Assembly: GCF_006345805.1 (NCBI RefSeq)
Contig: NW_021829853.1
Location: 124,001-188,000 of the forward strand
DNA from: Octopus sinensis
Lineage: Eukaryota
DNA: 64,000 nt
Direction: 5' to 3'
This document shows, piece by piece, positions 52,476 to 64,000 of the stretch. The notes below the pieces were generated by a model, which worked only from the letters and a program-made list of their open reading frames with translations, was not told the origin of the DNA and did no database searches. Positions within the stretch are counted from its first letter, which is position 1, and the number at the start of each line of letters is the position of its first letter. The translations under genes were made by a program, and so were the position numbers.

Positions 52476-53878
52476 TTTGAAACGAATATTAACATGATGA
52501 TAGTTGAAACCTGGTGAATCTATTGAAATGATTTTTCTTGCTATCATAGACATTCCTCTGTTTTATGGGGCTAACAATCTTGAGGCAGATCCATTACTTC
52601 TTATCATTCCATCATTAACAAGTTCTCTAGTCTTATACGCCCACCAATAGGGAAATTAAAACATCATGTCAAGGAGGGTACTTCTAGTCAGTGAAGTGCC
52701 AAATTTCTCCAACAAATTTCTTGTTTTTTAAAAAGATATGGTGAGGGGATTAGTTTAATTCTTAGTCTTTTAATAAGGAAAATTGAATCTCTTTAAAGTC
52801 CATCATTCTTTAGAGTTCTTGCCATGTAATAAACACAAGATGGCAGTAACCATTTTGGTTGACTGTGTTTCTGTTGTGGATAAACAGAGTTGTGTAGGTT
52901 TACTTAGCAATTTCATTTTTGATCAGCTGTTTATTGTTAATCCCTTGTCAACTCTGACTGAACATGCTTACAATGAAACACATTCCAGTTGTAAATGTCC
53001 CAGATTTTTTCAGACACAGTGTATCAAGTATCACATTATCCAGAATATAATTATTTATTTAAAAGTAGTAGGTTAGGGCTTTGCTGCTATTTCTTGCAGG
53101 TTAAGTGACCACATACAACACCTGATCTCTGCTCAAAGTGACTATTTCTTGAGAAGTGTTAGTGTGTGGAAATTTAGTGATATCTAAGATTTCAAATCTA
53201 TGGCTCATCAAGTTGTAATTAACTTCCATGTTGATAAACATATTAATAAACACAGCCAGGAGAGTTTGCAGAAATGGCACATTTGACTAAAGGCATTGCA
53301 TTTCCAATTTCGCTAGAGGTTGACTTGAACTTTTATTCATGCATGGTTGATAAATAATATATTGAGACAGAGAGAATCTTGTCGTATAGCTCGGCTCCAG
53401 TTTAGTCAGCTGTCGAAAACAAAACAAAAGGAAAACTGCTTTCCAGTTCTGTCAAAGATTTTGATAGCTGGCACTTAGCTGTCATTTTCATGGTGTTCAG
53501 TAGATGAGAGCTAAATCTTATTCTGCTGAGGACACTGAACTCTTGCAGGTAGCATTTACAGAAGATTTGGTTCCTATTCTCAGCAGTGAAATAATATTGA
53601 ATTAAGTAGAACTAAATACAAGTGAAGAATATAGAATTAAATGCATACCAACATTGGTGGGACTGAAGACTAATGGGATGCTGGTTCAATACTGCATTCC
53701 TTCTACCACATTGCTTTTACAATCCAATAAATAAGAGATTGTTATTAACAAAAGCCAGAGTGGTGAGCAGATAGAGTTGTTAGCACAGTGGGATAAAATG
53801 CTTAGTGGTATTTCATTCATCTTTACATTCTGGGTTCAAATTCTGCTGAGGGTGACTTTGTCTGTCATTTTTTGGGAT

Positions 53879-54212
53879 TCATCATCATCATCATCATCGT
53901 TTAACGCCCGTTTTCCATGCTGGCATGGGTTGGACGGTTTCATTGGGGTCTGGGAAGCCAGGAGGCTGCATCAGTCTCCAATCTGATCTGGCAGTGTTTT
54001 CTACAGCTGGATGCCCTTCCTAACGCCAACCATTCCAAGAGTGTAGTGGGTGCTTTTTATGTGCTACTGGCACAAGAGCCAGTCTGGGCAAGGGGGCTGG
54101 CATTGACCACATTTAGATGGTGCTTTTTACATGCCACTGGTACAGGGGGCCAGACAGGTGGCACTGGCATCAGCCACAACTACAATTTCCATTTGATTGT
54201 TGTTTGATGTTG
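53879..54212 (-). mobile_element. SINE S1
   Basis: Reverse consensus in COQ3 intron 1. Confidence 0.85.
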
Positions 54213-54379
54213 ATAGGATTGATAAATATCATTTGAGGAGTGAGGTCAATATGATTGACTTCCCCTCAAAATTGCTGATTTTATGCCAAACTGAAGGATT
54301 ATTAACAAATGCTAGGCTTTATTTCATTAAGATCATAAGTATTCATTTGTCAGAATATGTCTAATTTTATTTCATCCAG

Positions 54380-54659
54380 GTTTGCAAGCATTTACCGTAA
54401 TAACCAAGGAGCCAAACAAAATCGACCCAAGGCGCAGACCACAATTGATGAAGAAGAAATTGAAAAGTTTTCAGCTCTTGCTCAGCTCTGGTGGGATGAA
54501 ACTGGAGAGTTTGAGGCCTTACACTCCATGAATAGCGTTAGAGTACCGTTTATTCAAACCACTTTGCAAAACGCTGCAAACGCAAACCGTGTTCCTTCAA
54601 AATCTCTGCAGGGTCTAAAAATCTTGGATGTTGGATGTGGTGGTGGTATTTTTGCTGAG
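54380..54659 (+). CDS. COQ3: COQ3 exon 2, ubiquinone biosynthesis O-methyltransferase
   Basis: TTIDEEEIEKFSALAQLWWDETGEFEALHSMNSVRVPFI and SAM motif ILDVGCGGGIFAE; canonical splice sites. Confidence 0.97.
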
Positions 54660-54810
54660 GTAATATTTTTTCAAACAGTTCTAGTTTTCTGTGCTAACCA
54701 ATGTAGATTGTTGAACATTTCCTAAATGCTTGTCCCATCATTACTTCAGTAAATATGGTAAAGAAATTGTTTCACTAATGAGGTTATAATAAAACCAAAA
54801 TGTCAAGAAT

Positions 54811-55027
54811 TGTAGTAAGATTGTTTGCCAACACAACATGGCAGGCCTGGTTTAGAACGAATGTTGCTGTAATTTAGCCCCAGGAGACATTGTTTCCAGC
54901 TGGCTATATAACATGATCTGTGTCCTTATATTTTCGAACAAGGGACTCTAGCACCCCCATTCAGTTCAAAACAATATCTGTGTATCGCGATTTCTGGGTT
55001 ATTTCCTTTCATCAGCACAGAATAATT
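54811..55027 (-). mobile_element. Family A copy 3, single arm plus hammerhead
   Basis: One arm and the loop only; hammerhead motif 54977-55021 (-). Confidence 0.7.
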
Positions 55028-57315
55028 GGTCGGTTAGAGGTGGAATTCCTGTTTGAAATATATAGTTTTCAAAGTGACATAGCCATTTGATGCATATAAA
55101 AAAATCATCATACTCTATTTTTATAATTAAATATTTATTAGGAATTGTGACCAAAAGACTGTTTGAATGTTTTGTGTAGAAGTAGAATCAGATTACTGGA
55201 CCCCTAAGGGTCATGTGGACCCTGAATGAGAACCACTGTTGAGTGAATAAGGGCCAACTTGGAGCTGAACAGCAATAAAAATGACTTGACTGCTCTCACA
55301 AATGAGAATACTAAAAATGAACCCGACCACTCTAAAACATCAAGTGAAAAAAACAGGAAAAAATAATCCTGAAACCTTGTCAGGTACCAGATCAGTCCCA
55401 AATTAGTTTGTGCCAGTCATGAGGCCAAATATCCCTGAAAGTTTCACCTGAATCCATCCAGTGGTTCTTGAGATATCTTGTCCACAGACAAACAAACACA
55501 ACTGAAACAATACTTCTGCCTTTGATAAGGTGGAGGTAATAAATAGATAATCTTTTCTACTCTAGGCACAAGGCCTGAAATTTTGGGGGAAGGGGTCATT
55601 CGATTACATTGACCCCGGCATGCAACATCAAGAATATCAGTGTAACTGTTTCTAACTCAGATAACATGGCCACAAGCTTGGTGGGAATGGTTAGTCAAAT
55701 TGAGCCTTGTAGTTATAGTAAGGGTTTTTCATTTATTGACCCTGGGAGAATGAATGGTAATGTTGGTCTTGGTGGGATTTGAACTCAGAACGTAATGGTC
55801 TGTAATTAAATACTGCAAGGTAATTTGTTTGATGCTCTAATGATTCTGCCTATCAACAATCCTTCATATGTGTGTTTCAATGTAATTAATGCAATTATTA
55901 TCACTTTTTTTTTACGGCTTAATTAGAAGTGGAAAAGCTACATCATTGATTATTTTGTCTCTAAGACTGTCTGGAGAACAAGGACGAAGCAGCAAAACAA
56001 CTGCTGGGCCTCTGCAGTAAGATGTAGTGATATTCTCAGACTGTAGAATTGGTCCCTATTAAAGGTATCCAAACAATAAGTTGTAGTATTAAACAAATTA
56101 AATTTACTATCCTAAGAACACAATCCATTTAATGACCTTCCTGGCATTTTCTGTTTTTCCAATTTCATTCACAAAGCTTGTGTCAGCTGGAGGCCGTAAG
56201 AGAAAACAATTGCTCAAGACAATTACAACCATATGACTGCAACAAGCAATGCTTTAACTTAGACTTGGAGTTTTGATGTCTGGGGAAAATGGCTTTCTCT
56301 TAAATAGTGATTTCCAAAGTTTTACAACTAAAATGAAATATTTTATAGAAACATGAAATTTCATTTCATTAACTCATCAATCAAAATTTCTCTCAAAATA
56401 TTCTTTATGTAATCCTGGATGTTTAATATTGCTTTGTGTGGGTGGGGAAAATTCAATGCTGGATTTACTGACCATTTTGGTTTCAATATCAAACCCCTTT
56501 CAATTAATCCGTTGTGTTCTTGGATAAGTTACTTCACACTATTTGATCCTGTATCAAGTAATCCATATTTTATATAATTCACACAGGTATAATAACTCAT
56601 ATCAAATGTTTCATTTTTCAGAGTTAGAGATATATGTTGTTGGTTTGAAAAACTTCAAGGAACGATGAAAGTTGTAACATTCAGGAACACCAACGGGCAT
56701 GCTAATCCATTTTTGGATAACAAAGATTGATAAGTTTGAGCTTATCATGTGTTTCATTTGAGTAAAGTGGACGAGTGTTAAACATCCTCCTGGTTAGGAT
56801 GCTGGCCTATCACTGAGAACTTTTTTCTGCAAGAATAATAGAGTAATACCGTAAGCCATGATATTATTTGTCAATTCCAAAGTGGAACCACCATGACCTA
56901 TATCAAGGAGCTGGACTGCTCTGGGGTACCTGGTTAAAACTAGATGGTCTTGTGAATAGAGTGTCTGCTTTGTTATGTACTGTCCTATTAGGAATATAGA
57001 GAAAATGAAAATTCAAAATCTTGAAAATTTTGGTGTAGTTAATGTACCATAAGTCTATTAGAAGAATATAATCCTCAAAGACATTGTTTAGCCTTAGGTC
57101 AACCACACTTGTCATAACATCTAATCTTTTGTTTTAAGATATTGTGTATCAAGGACTACACCACTCTAGGTTCAAATCCAAACTTTATCCATATAAAGGG
57201 TGGTTGGATGTGATTTGAGGGTAATTTCGTTGCTATTTCTAACAAGTTGAGTGAACATCTACCAATTCCTTTGTCTTAGATAAATGTAAGCATTTCACTT
57301 TTAAATTTCTTGTAG

Positions 57316-57558
57316 CCATTGGCAAGATTAGGTGCAACAGTAATTGGTATTGATGCGTCTGAAGAAAATATCAGAATTGCTCAAAATCACTTGAGGAATG
57401 ATCCCAACATTGTGTGTAAAGTGAAATATATCCATTCAACTGTGGAAGATGTTGTTGCTACAGAAGGAAACACGTTTGATGCAGTCGTAGCCTCTGAAGT
57501 TGTTGAGCATGTTGCAGACGTGGACACTTTCATTGAATCCTGCTGCAATTTGGTGAAG
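57316..57558 (+). CDS. COQ3: COQ3 exon 3
   Basis: PLARLGATVIGIDASEENIRIA..FDAVVASEVVEHV..CCNLVK; 243 nt, phase 0-0. Confidence 0.97.
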
Positions 57559-57761
57559 GTACGTTGATCGTGTTTTTTGCTCCTCCTCCTCCTCTCTCAT
57601 CACCACCACTACCATCATTGTTGTTGTCACCATTTTCTGTTTTCTGTAATGGCATGGGTTGGATGGTTCACTTCAGGAAAATAGCTCTGCTTGATATGTA
57701 GAAAAGGTTTCGGTAGAAATTTCATATTGTACACACTACAAACTACGGACGCATAGGAGAT

Positions 57762-57996
57762 GCATCATCATCATCATAATTTAACGTCCGTTTTCCATGC
57801 TAGCATGGGTTGGACGGTTCGACCGGGGTCTGGGAAGCCAGGAGGCTGCACCAGGCTCCAGTCTGATTTGGCAGTGTTTCTACAGCTGGATGCCCTTCCT
57901 AATGCCAACCACTCTGTGAGTATAGTGGGTGTTTTTTATGTGCCACCAACACAGGGGCCAGAGCAGGCTGGCAAACGGCTACGATCGGTTGGTGCA
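57762..57996 (-). mobile_element. SINE S1
   Basis: Reverse consensus in COQ3 intron 3. Confidence 0.85.
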
Positions 57997-58039
57997 GTGG
58001 AAGGAATTAAAGGGTAAATGAATGGAGTAAGTGGACATG

Positions 58040-58600
58040 TGACAGATGCACAGATGCGAGGAAATAGATTCTCTCAAATGCCCGAGAGGTTTCCTAAGGC
58101 ATTAGGCAGCTGTTGACCAAATTAGCATTGAAGGAGGATGTTCTGAAAGTATAGTTGCTACAAATAAGAACATGATGGAGAAAGCAACAAAGGGCCTCTT
58201 TCTCAGAGTGAAAGGCAGATTGTATGATGCTTGTGTATGAACAGCCATGCTACATGGCAGTGAGATGTAAGCTGTGAATGCAGGGAACACAAAAGGACTA
58301 GAAAATAATGAAGCCAATATGCAACACTGGATGTACCAAATCAGTATGTTTGTACAAGAAAATACAAATCTGTTTGAGAGAAAACTTGGGCGTAAGTGGT
58401 ATGTAATGTAGTGTACAAGAGAAATGGTCGTGTTGTATGTAAAGCTGTCAAATGAAGAAGGGCCAATCACTAATGAAACTTTAGGAAGAGACAAACCCAG
58501 AAGAATGGGGGTCAAAGCTGCGAAGACCAACCTTCTTGAATTGTTGAATCTCACCAAGATGACAAAGGATTGAAAGGATTCATGGTTCGTCATACTCGAG
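58040..58600 (+). mobile_element. Degenerate RTE LINE 3' remnant
   Basis: KGL.LRVKGRLYDACV*TAMLHGSEM* and C.MQHWMYQI in broken frames. Confidence 0.75.
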
Positions 58601-59182
58601 AGGAATCTGTCTAAATAAAGTCCTAAAAACATTGATAATGTCTGAATTACTTGGAGATTTCACTAGGGCCACAAAAAAAAAAAAAGCACCCAGTACATTC
58701 CTTTAACCCGAAAGCATTCAGATTATTTGGTCAAATGTAATTAACTTATTTATTCACATTGGTTTTAATTAATTATGTATGATCTTGTAGCTTCAAGATT
58801 TTGATGGTGTGATTGTTTATTTTTAGAATGACATTGTAAAGTATATGTGAGGGGCCAGATATGGTCAGTGTTAGAAAGGCTATCCAGCATACAGAAACCA
58901 TGCCAAAATAGAGTGACACAATCCTCTGGCTTGTTGAACCATCTAACCCATGCCAGCATGGGTAAAAAAGGGACATAAAATAATGATATTGCAGGAAAAT
59001 GTATCTCCATCACATTACCTAAAGGTAGCTCAGTGTCCCTGTTGTAGAAGACTCTTACCCAATTTGCTCTGCAGTGGAATTGAACACCAAACCACATGGT
59101 GTTGGTTCAATGCTCACTTTAAATTTTATATTTCAACCATAAATAATCTATTCTAATCCCCTTTCTTCTCCTTCTGCTTCAG

Positions 59183-59342
59183 CCTGGTGGTTCCCTCTTT
59201 CTGACTACAATAAACAAAACAGTGTCTTCCTATTTGCTTGGTGTGCTGGCTGCCGAACGTCTGCTACATTTAGTTGCTCCAGGAACTCACAATTGGAATA
59301 AATTCATATCTCCAATGGATCTTCAATATATTATTGAACGGA
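59183..59342 (+). CDS. COQ3: COQ3 exon 4
   Basis: PGGSLFLTTINKTVSSYLLGVLAAERLLHLVAPGTHNWNKFISP; A|gtaagt donor, phase 0-1. Confidence 0.97.
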
Positions 59343-60699
59343 GTAAGTACTGCAAAAAAAAAAAAATTCTCCAAGTATCTCTTATTTTTTAGCCTCTGTT
59401 TTCTTATGTTAGAGAAAGTTCTCATGACCTTCTTCACCAAGTTGGTGAATCAACATCTCCATGACCAACAGAATTCATTCCTGAGTGACCAAGTTCACTG
59501 GTTGTAAATAACTATAAAAAGTTTGAAAACGGGGTATATTGAGCTCTTTATAAAATGACAGGTTCTACAATGGAGAAACTGGGAAAAATAAGTTCAGTTT
59601 ATGATACGGGGAAGGAATTATTTGGAGAGTAAAATAGTATCTAATTAGCAGAAGGAAGTTTGTTGGACATAGTGTGAGAGACTACTGTTATTGTTAGGCC
59701 TAACTCATCGAAAAGTAAATACCACCATAACCGATACCCAGTGGAGAAGGCTAGCCACTGGGTTTGGTTAAAAAGAGATGAGCAATGGCCAGAGATATAT
59801 TGAGCTATAATTAATAACCAGTAGATCTAGCAAGTGGGGCCTCATGTCAGTGATGTCGTCGAGGGGTAGGCCCTGAAACGGTAGGCATTCTCTCCTGATG
59901 ACCCCATACACTTGTAGAGTTCTTGACTGGTAGCACTTGTATGTGCAAGTTGTTTGCAAAATATGGTGAGTGTGGGACTGGCCACCATTTCATAAGTCAG
60001 TGTAAAAAGTTGCCCACTCTAGAGTTGGCAAATGTTTTGATCCAATCAAAAAGGGGAGAAATGCAATTATAACGGTCAAGCAGCACTGTGGTAAGAAGCT
60101 AGCTTCTTACCTCCATGGTTCTGTCCCACTCAGGACACCTGGTGTTGGTGTTTATGTCCCTGTAACTTAGTGGTTTGGCAAAAACGACAGAATTGTGGGG
60201 GTCCATTCAAATAAAAATTTATGGCTGCTGTCTAATATCTGAAAAGGTTACTGCAGTAAAATGACTTAATTCTAGCCCTCTCCTTTAAGGCTTGCTGCCA
60301 AATCAAAAGACATCAATATTGAACCAGTAGATTAGCACCAATGTTTGAATATCACTTGTCTCTCACCCACCCCAGTTTTAAGAAACTACATAAAATTGTA
60401 TTACACTCAGGTTAAAACTTTTAATGACAAAGTTGCAAAAGCAATCTCCAAATTCTTACTACACAATGGTAAAAGATCTTGGAGGACACTATCAGAATGA
60501 TTTTCTCTTGATAGAATGTATATCCTATAAAAATGTTTGATAGTTGCTAAAGAAAACCATTGTACTTGCCCCTGTAGACAAACCTCAAAATGGTTCTTCT
60601 GTCCCCTATAAAGCCATTATCTTAATTAGAATAACTTTAATGCAGAAATCCTGTGTAAAGTGATTTAATACCGTTCATTATTTTTCTTTTTTTAAACAG

Positions 60700-60818
60700 A
60701 TAATTTGGTCACGAGACTTGTTCATGGATTAAAATACAACCCACTTACCAAAAAATGGAAGTGGTCTTCAGACACTAGCATCAATTATGCCATCCATGCC
60801 ATTAAACCAAAATCTTGA
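60700..60818 (+). CDS. COQ3: COQ3 exon 5 (terminal)
   Basis: NNLVTRLVHGLKYNPLTKKWKWSSDTSINYAIHAIKPKS-TGA; summed CDS 1041 nt = 346 aa plus stop. Confidence 0.95.
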
Positions 60819-60847
60819 GATTTAAAAAATGCAGCCAAAAGACACAG

Positions 60848-60869
60848 AATAAAGAAAAATATCTTTATT
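60848..60869. terminator. Opposed poly(A) signals of COQ3 (+, 60848-60853) and KPNA2 (-, 60864-60869)
   Basis: AATAAA on + and TTTATT on +, 10 nt apart, between the two stop codons. Confidence 0.65.
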
Positions 60870-61065
60870 AAACTTTACAATTTATAAAATAATTTTGGAC
60901 GTGTGTGTATGTATATAGATATAGGAAATGTGTGTGTGTGTGTGTGCATGTATATATAATCAAATGTCGTGTTTTGTGATCTCAGCAGATGCATTCAACC
61001 CAGACAGGTTCACATTCAGATTACACAATTAAGAACCAAACAAATTCAAACAAAAATAAATCCGT

Positions 61066-61152
61066 TTAGAACGAGAAGCTTTCTTTTTGTTGCTCCACTT
61101 TCATTTTGTAAGTATCATCAGTAGCTTCAGGGCCAAGATTCTCGTCCTCCTG
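61066..61152 (-). CDS. KPNA2: Importin-alpha terminal exon
   Basis: (Q)EDENLGPEATDDTYKMKVEQQKESFSF-TAA; ends in the F-x-F C-terminus typical of importin-alpha; NAGNAG acceptor. Confidence 0.88.
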   Translation of the reverse strand, partial: QEDENLGPEATDDTYKMKVEQQKESFSF

Positions 61153-61268
61153 CTGAAGAGAGGAAAATAGATTAGCATTAGAAAGATTACCAATAATTTA
61201 AGGAATCAAATTCACAATAAAAACCAAAGTAAATGCAAATTCTGTTTAATCTAATTCTAAGTACTTAC

Positions 61269-61418
61269 TTCTGCAGAGAAGTATTTCTCAATCAGGTGTA
61301 GAGATGCTTTGTAAACTGTTTCATTTTCATGGCTCTGAAGGTTCTCAATTTTATCAAGACCACCAATCTCTTCAATCATAAGGCACATGTAATTCAGTTG
61401 TCCACACTTTTCAGCAGC
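61269..61418 (-). CDS. KPNA2: Importin-alpha exon
   Basis: [50 protein letters not shown]; 150 nt. Confidence 0.93.
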
Positions 61419-61738
61419 CTAGAATAAAAAGAGAAAAAAAAAAAAATGGTAATGGAATCCTTAATATTCAATCAAAAGTAATGACAGTCCTGCACGCCCG
61501 ACCCCCCACCCAAATAAATAAACCTCACAATTATATTACTTGGAATAATTTTTCATCTGAGTAGAGTGAGAATAATTAAAATGAAACTTGTTCACTCAGT
61601 TCATGTCTTAAGATGCCGGGATTTCTATAACCCAGGTTAGCTAACACAAGTACAAGTTTTGGGTGAATTTGAGAAGAATTTACCGCTAGAAATTGATCCA
61701 GTGTACTAAAGATCTAATTATGCAAGAAGTTGACTTAC

Positions 61739-61921
61739 CATCAGAATATTTTGTAAAGCATCAAGAATCACCAGGACCACTTTTGCATCTCGGATCACCA
61801 ACAGCTCACACAAATGTTTAATGACATCACACTGAACAAGGAAACTGATTTGTTCAATAGTACCACCAGATGTCAGGTTAGTCACAGCCCACACAGCTTC
61901 CTTTTGGGTCTTGAAGTCACC
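61739..61921 (-). CDS. KPNA2: Importin-alpha exon
   Basis: [29 protein letters not shown]-like..[12 protein letters not shown]; [16 protein letters not shown] is typical of the KPNA2 clade. Confidence 0.92.
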
Positions 61922-62373
61922 CTGTGTATACAATGAGAAAAAAAAATTGTTATTTGTCACCAGGGCATACATGGAAGTAAAAATCAAAAGTAGTGCCTCA
62001 CTACCAACAGACAAGGTTCAGCTGTTCACACTTAACTTGCCTCTCCAATTGGAAAAAAGAAAACCCAAAAAACTTTAGGTCATCTGCAAGACCAATCCCA
62101 GTTTTTTTTCTAGTCCATTTACCCACAATGAAACCAGCCCCTGTCACCCATTCTTTGATCATCAACATTGACAGAAAGCTACATGCTTTTATGGCTGTTG
62201 TACCTGGCTGAAGAACAGTAACCATTATAAATTGAAACAGGGTCAACTGTACGAATACAAGAGAATCAAATAAAATCACTTTAGCAGATTATTGGCCTTG
62301 ATCCAACCCCATCAAGTCCCCTGGCTCCAAATGAAAGATTCATTACAACAGGGACGGACACCTTTGACTTGAT

Positions 62374-62552
62374 TTAACTCTTTACCATATTTATTTTCAG
62401 ATGCTCTGCGTTTCTTGCAATTTTAAATAACTTAGTTATCATTAAGCTAGTGTTAGGAACATAAATTGCGACTAAGGTTTGGAAGATTTCAATTCAAAAT
62501 CTATGGAAAGACATTTGTACTATAGAGCCAGAGGTGGTATCGAATGGGTTAA
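62374..62552. mobile_element. piggyBac-like MITE
   Basis: Bounded by ttaactc.. and ..gggttaa; homologous to 15785-15945. Confidence 0.55.
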
Positions 62553-63287
62553 TATCAAAGATTAGAATATGGTAGAGAGCTGGCAGAATTGTTAGCATGC
62601 CAGGCAAAATGCTCAATGGCACTTTTTTGCCATGGTTGACAGTCTTTCATCCCCTTGGGAATGTTAAGTACTGGTTTACCTCTCCCTGAAAATTGCGGAC
62701 CTTGTGCCAAAATTTGAATTCCTTGCTTAAAGATTAGAATGCTTTGAAATTGAGGCATAAAATCCTACCATGATTTCAATGCCATCAACCCCAAGACACT
62801 ATTACAGAGTTCTAATGTTCAAAGCTGGTTACTCAGTTTCCACATTGTATAAGTGACCGAGATCCCAACATTCCATTGCAGGGTCTTCCATGCTGGCATG
62901 AGTTGGACAGTTTGACCAAAGCTGATAAACCAGAGAACTGTGCCAAGTTCTGCCTGCTTAGGTATGGTCGAATGCCCTTCCTAATGCCAACCGTTTTATA
63001 GAGTGGGTTGGGTGCTTTTATGTTGCACCAACATCAGTAAGGTCTGCTTTGGCAGGCAAGTGATCAGAAATTTGCAAATACATGGTTCTGGGCCCGATGT
63101 GAAAGTGTTAAGGACATGTTCCGTAGCAGCAAGTTGGCCGTTTAAGTCAGTTGAAAAACTGGTGTAGTACCTCCCCAAGTCCTGTAACTTGATTTGATAA
63201 AAGCCTCAGACTCAAATAAGTTGACTGGTCGTTTAATTAATTAAGACTTTTAACAGAATAAAATGATCATATAAAAAGGCAACTTAC

Positions 63288-63464
63288 CATTGCCAGCTTT
63301 TCAACAACAATGGGGATGATGCCAGCCTCGATAACTTGCTGGATCTGACTGGAATTGCCAGCAGTGATGTTGGAGACGGTCCAGGCAGCTTCTTTTTGAA
63401 TGTTAGGTCGAGAATGCCTCAACAATCCATGAAATACAGGCAAGGCATTTGCTTCCAAAACAAC
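63288..63464 (-). CDS. KPNA2: Importin-alpha (alpha-2/KPNA2-like) exon, ARM repeat
   Basis: VVLEANALPVFHGLLRHSRPNIQKEAAWTVSNITAGNSSQIQQVIEAGIIPIVVEKLAM; 177 nt, phase 0-0; upstream exons lie off the right edge. Confidence 0.9.
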
Positions 63465-63910
63465 CTGGGGAAAAGAAAATTTAAGATTTCTCTGTATAAA
63501 ACTCATTGAAAGAACCCAACAGATTTCAATGATTTTAAAAAAACCAAACTTTAAATTTTTAAAAAGAACAGATTTGTATTCAGACTAGCATTCTAACATA
63601 GCAATAGCTTATTTTAGCAAATCTATCCAACTGGAAAGCTATTCCTGTTAGAATTAAACCCATTTGGCATTTAAACTGGCCAAATCCAGCCCTAAATATT
63701 CTGTTTTATGTTCAAACTGGCCGGATCTGGCGTCTCACACCTACCCTACAATATCATTCCAAAAATATCACATCACTGAAATCTCAAAGCTACAATCAAT
63801 ACAAACTGAATAAACAAATATTTGGCAGAGTGACCTGAAGGCTGAAGGTTTAGGAACACAAAACTGGCCCTGAAAATTTTTTTTAGTATATCATCTACAT
63901 TTATCATATA

Positions 63911-64000
63911 CGGAGGTGCAATGGCCCAGTGATTAGGGCAGCGAACTCAAGGTTGTAGGATCGCGGTTTTGATTCCCAGATTGGGTGTTGTGAGTCCTTA
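63911..64000 (+). mobile_element. tRNA-derived SINE head, cut by the window edge
   Basis: ggaggtgcaatggcccagtgattagggcagcg..gttttgattccc A/B-box-like head. Confidence 0.55.

Noticed and set aside
59853-59888. Possible hammerhead (ATGTC-GTCGA-GGG..CCC-T-GAAAC-G-GTA-GGCAT)
   Set aside because: Core positions 3-4 are missing and it is a single copy here; at best a relic

Overview
Animal genomic DNA, AT-rich and dense in microsatellites and SINEs. The repeat families look like those of Octopus (inference; no database search was run). Three spliced genes were reconstructed by hand from GT-AG junctions with consistent phase. (1) PNISR/SFRS18 on the minus strand: ATG at 25288, ten coding exons down to 2188, with the RS-rich C-terminus lying beyond the left edge. 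A likely promoter (ETS-CRE, ETS and YY1 motifs) sits at about 44.4 kb. (2) COQ3 on the plus strand: five exons, 50791-60818, 346 aa, head-to-head with PNISR. (3) The last four exons of an importin-alpha (KPNA2-like) on the minus strand, tail-to-tail with COQ3, with interdigitated poly(A) signals. Introns and the intergenic space hold tRNA-derived and RTE-tailed SINEs, CR1, RTE and RLE-type LINE fragments, MITEs and many Penelope-like (PLE) relics. The most striking unannotated signal is about a dozen minimal type-I hammerhead ribozyme motifs from at least seven unrelated repeat families. Most sit in inverted pLTR palindromes, and their catalytic cores are unusually varied (G3:C8 swap, C4, U6, extra bases flanking stem II). 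One PLE also carries a tRNA-like Pol III cassette upstream of its ribozyme. PNISR shows several candidate regulated splicing events. Repeat boundaries are approximate.
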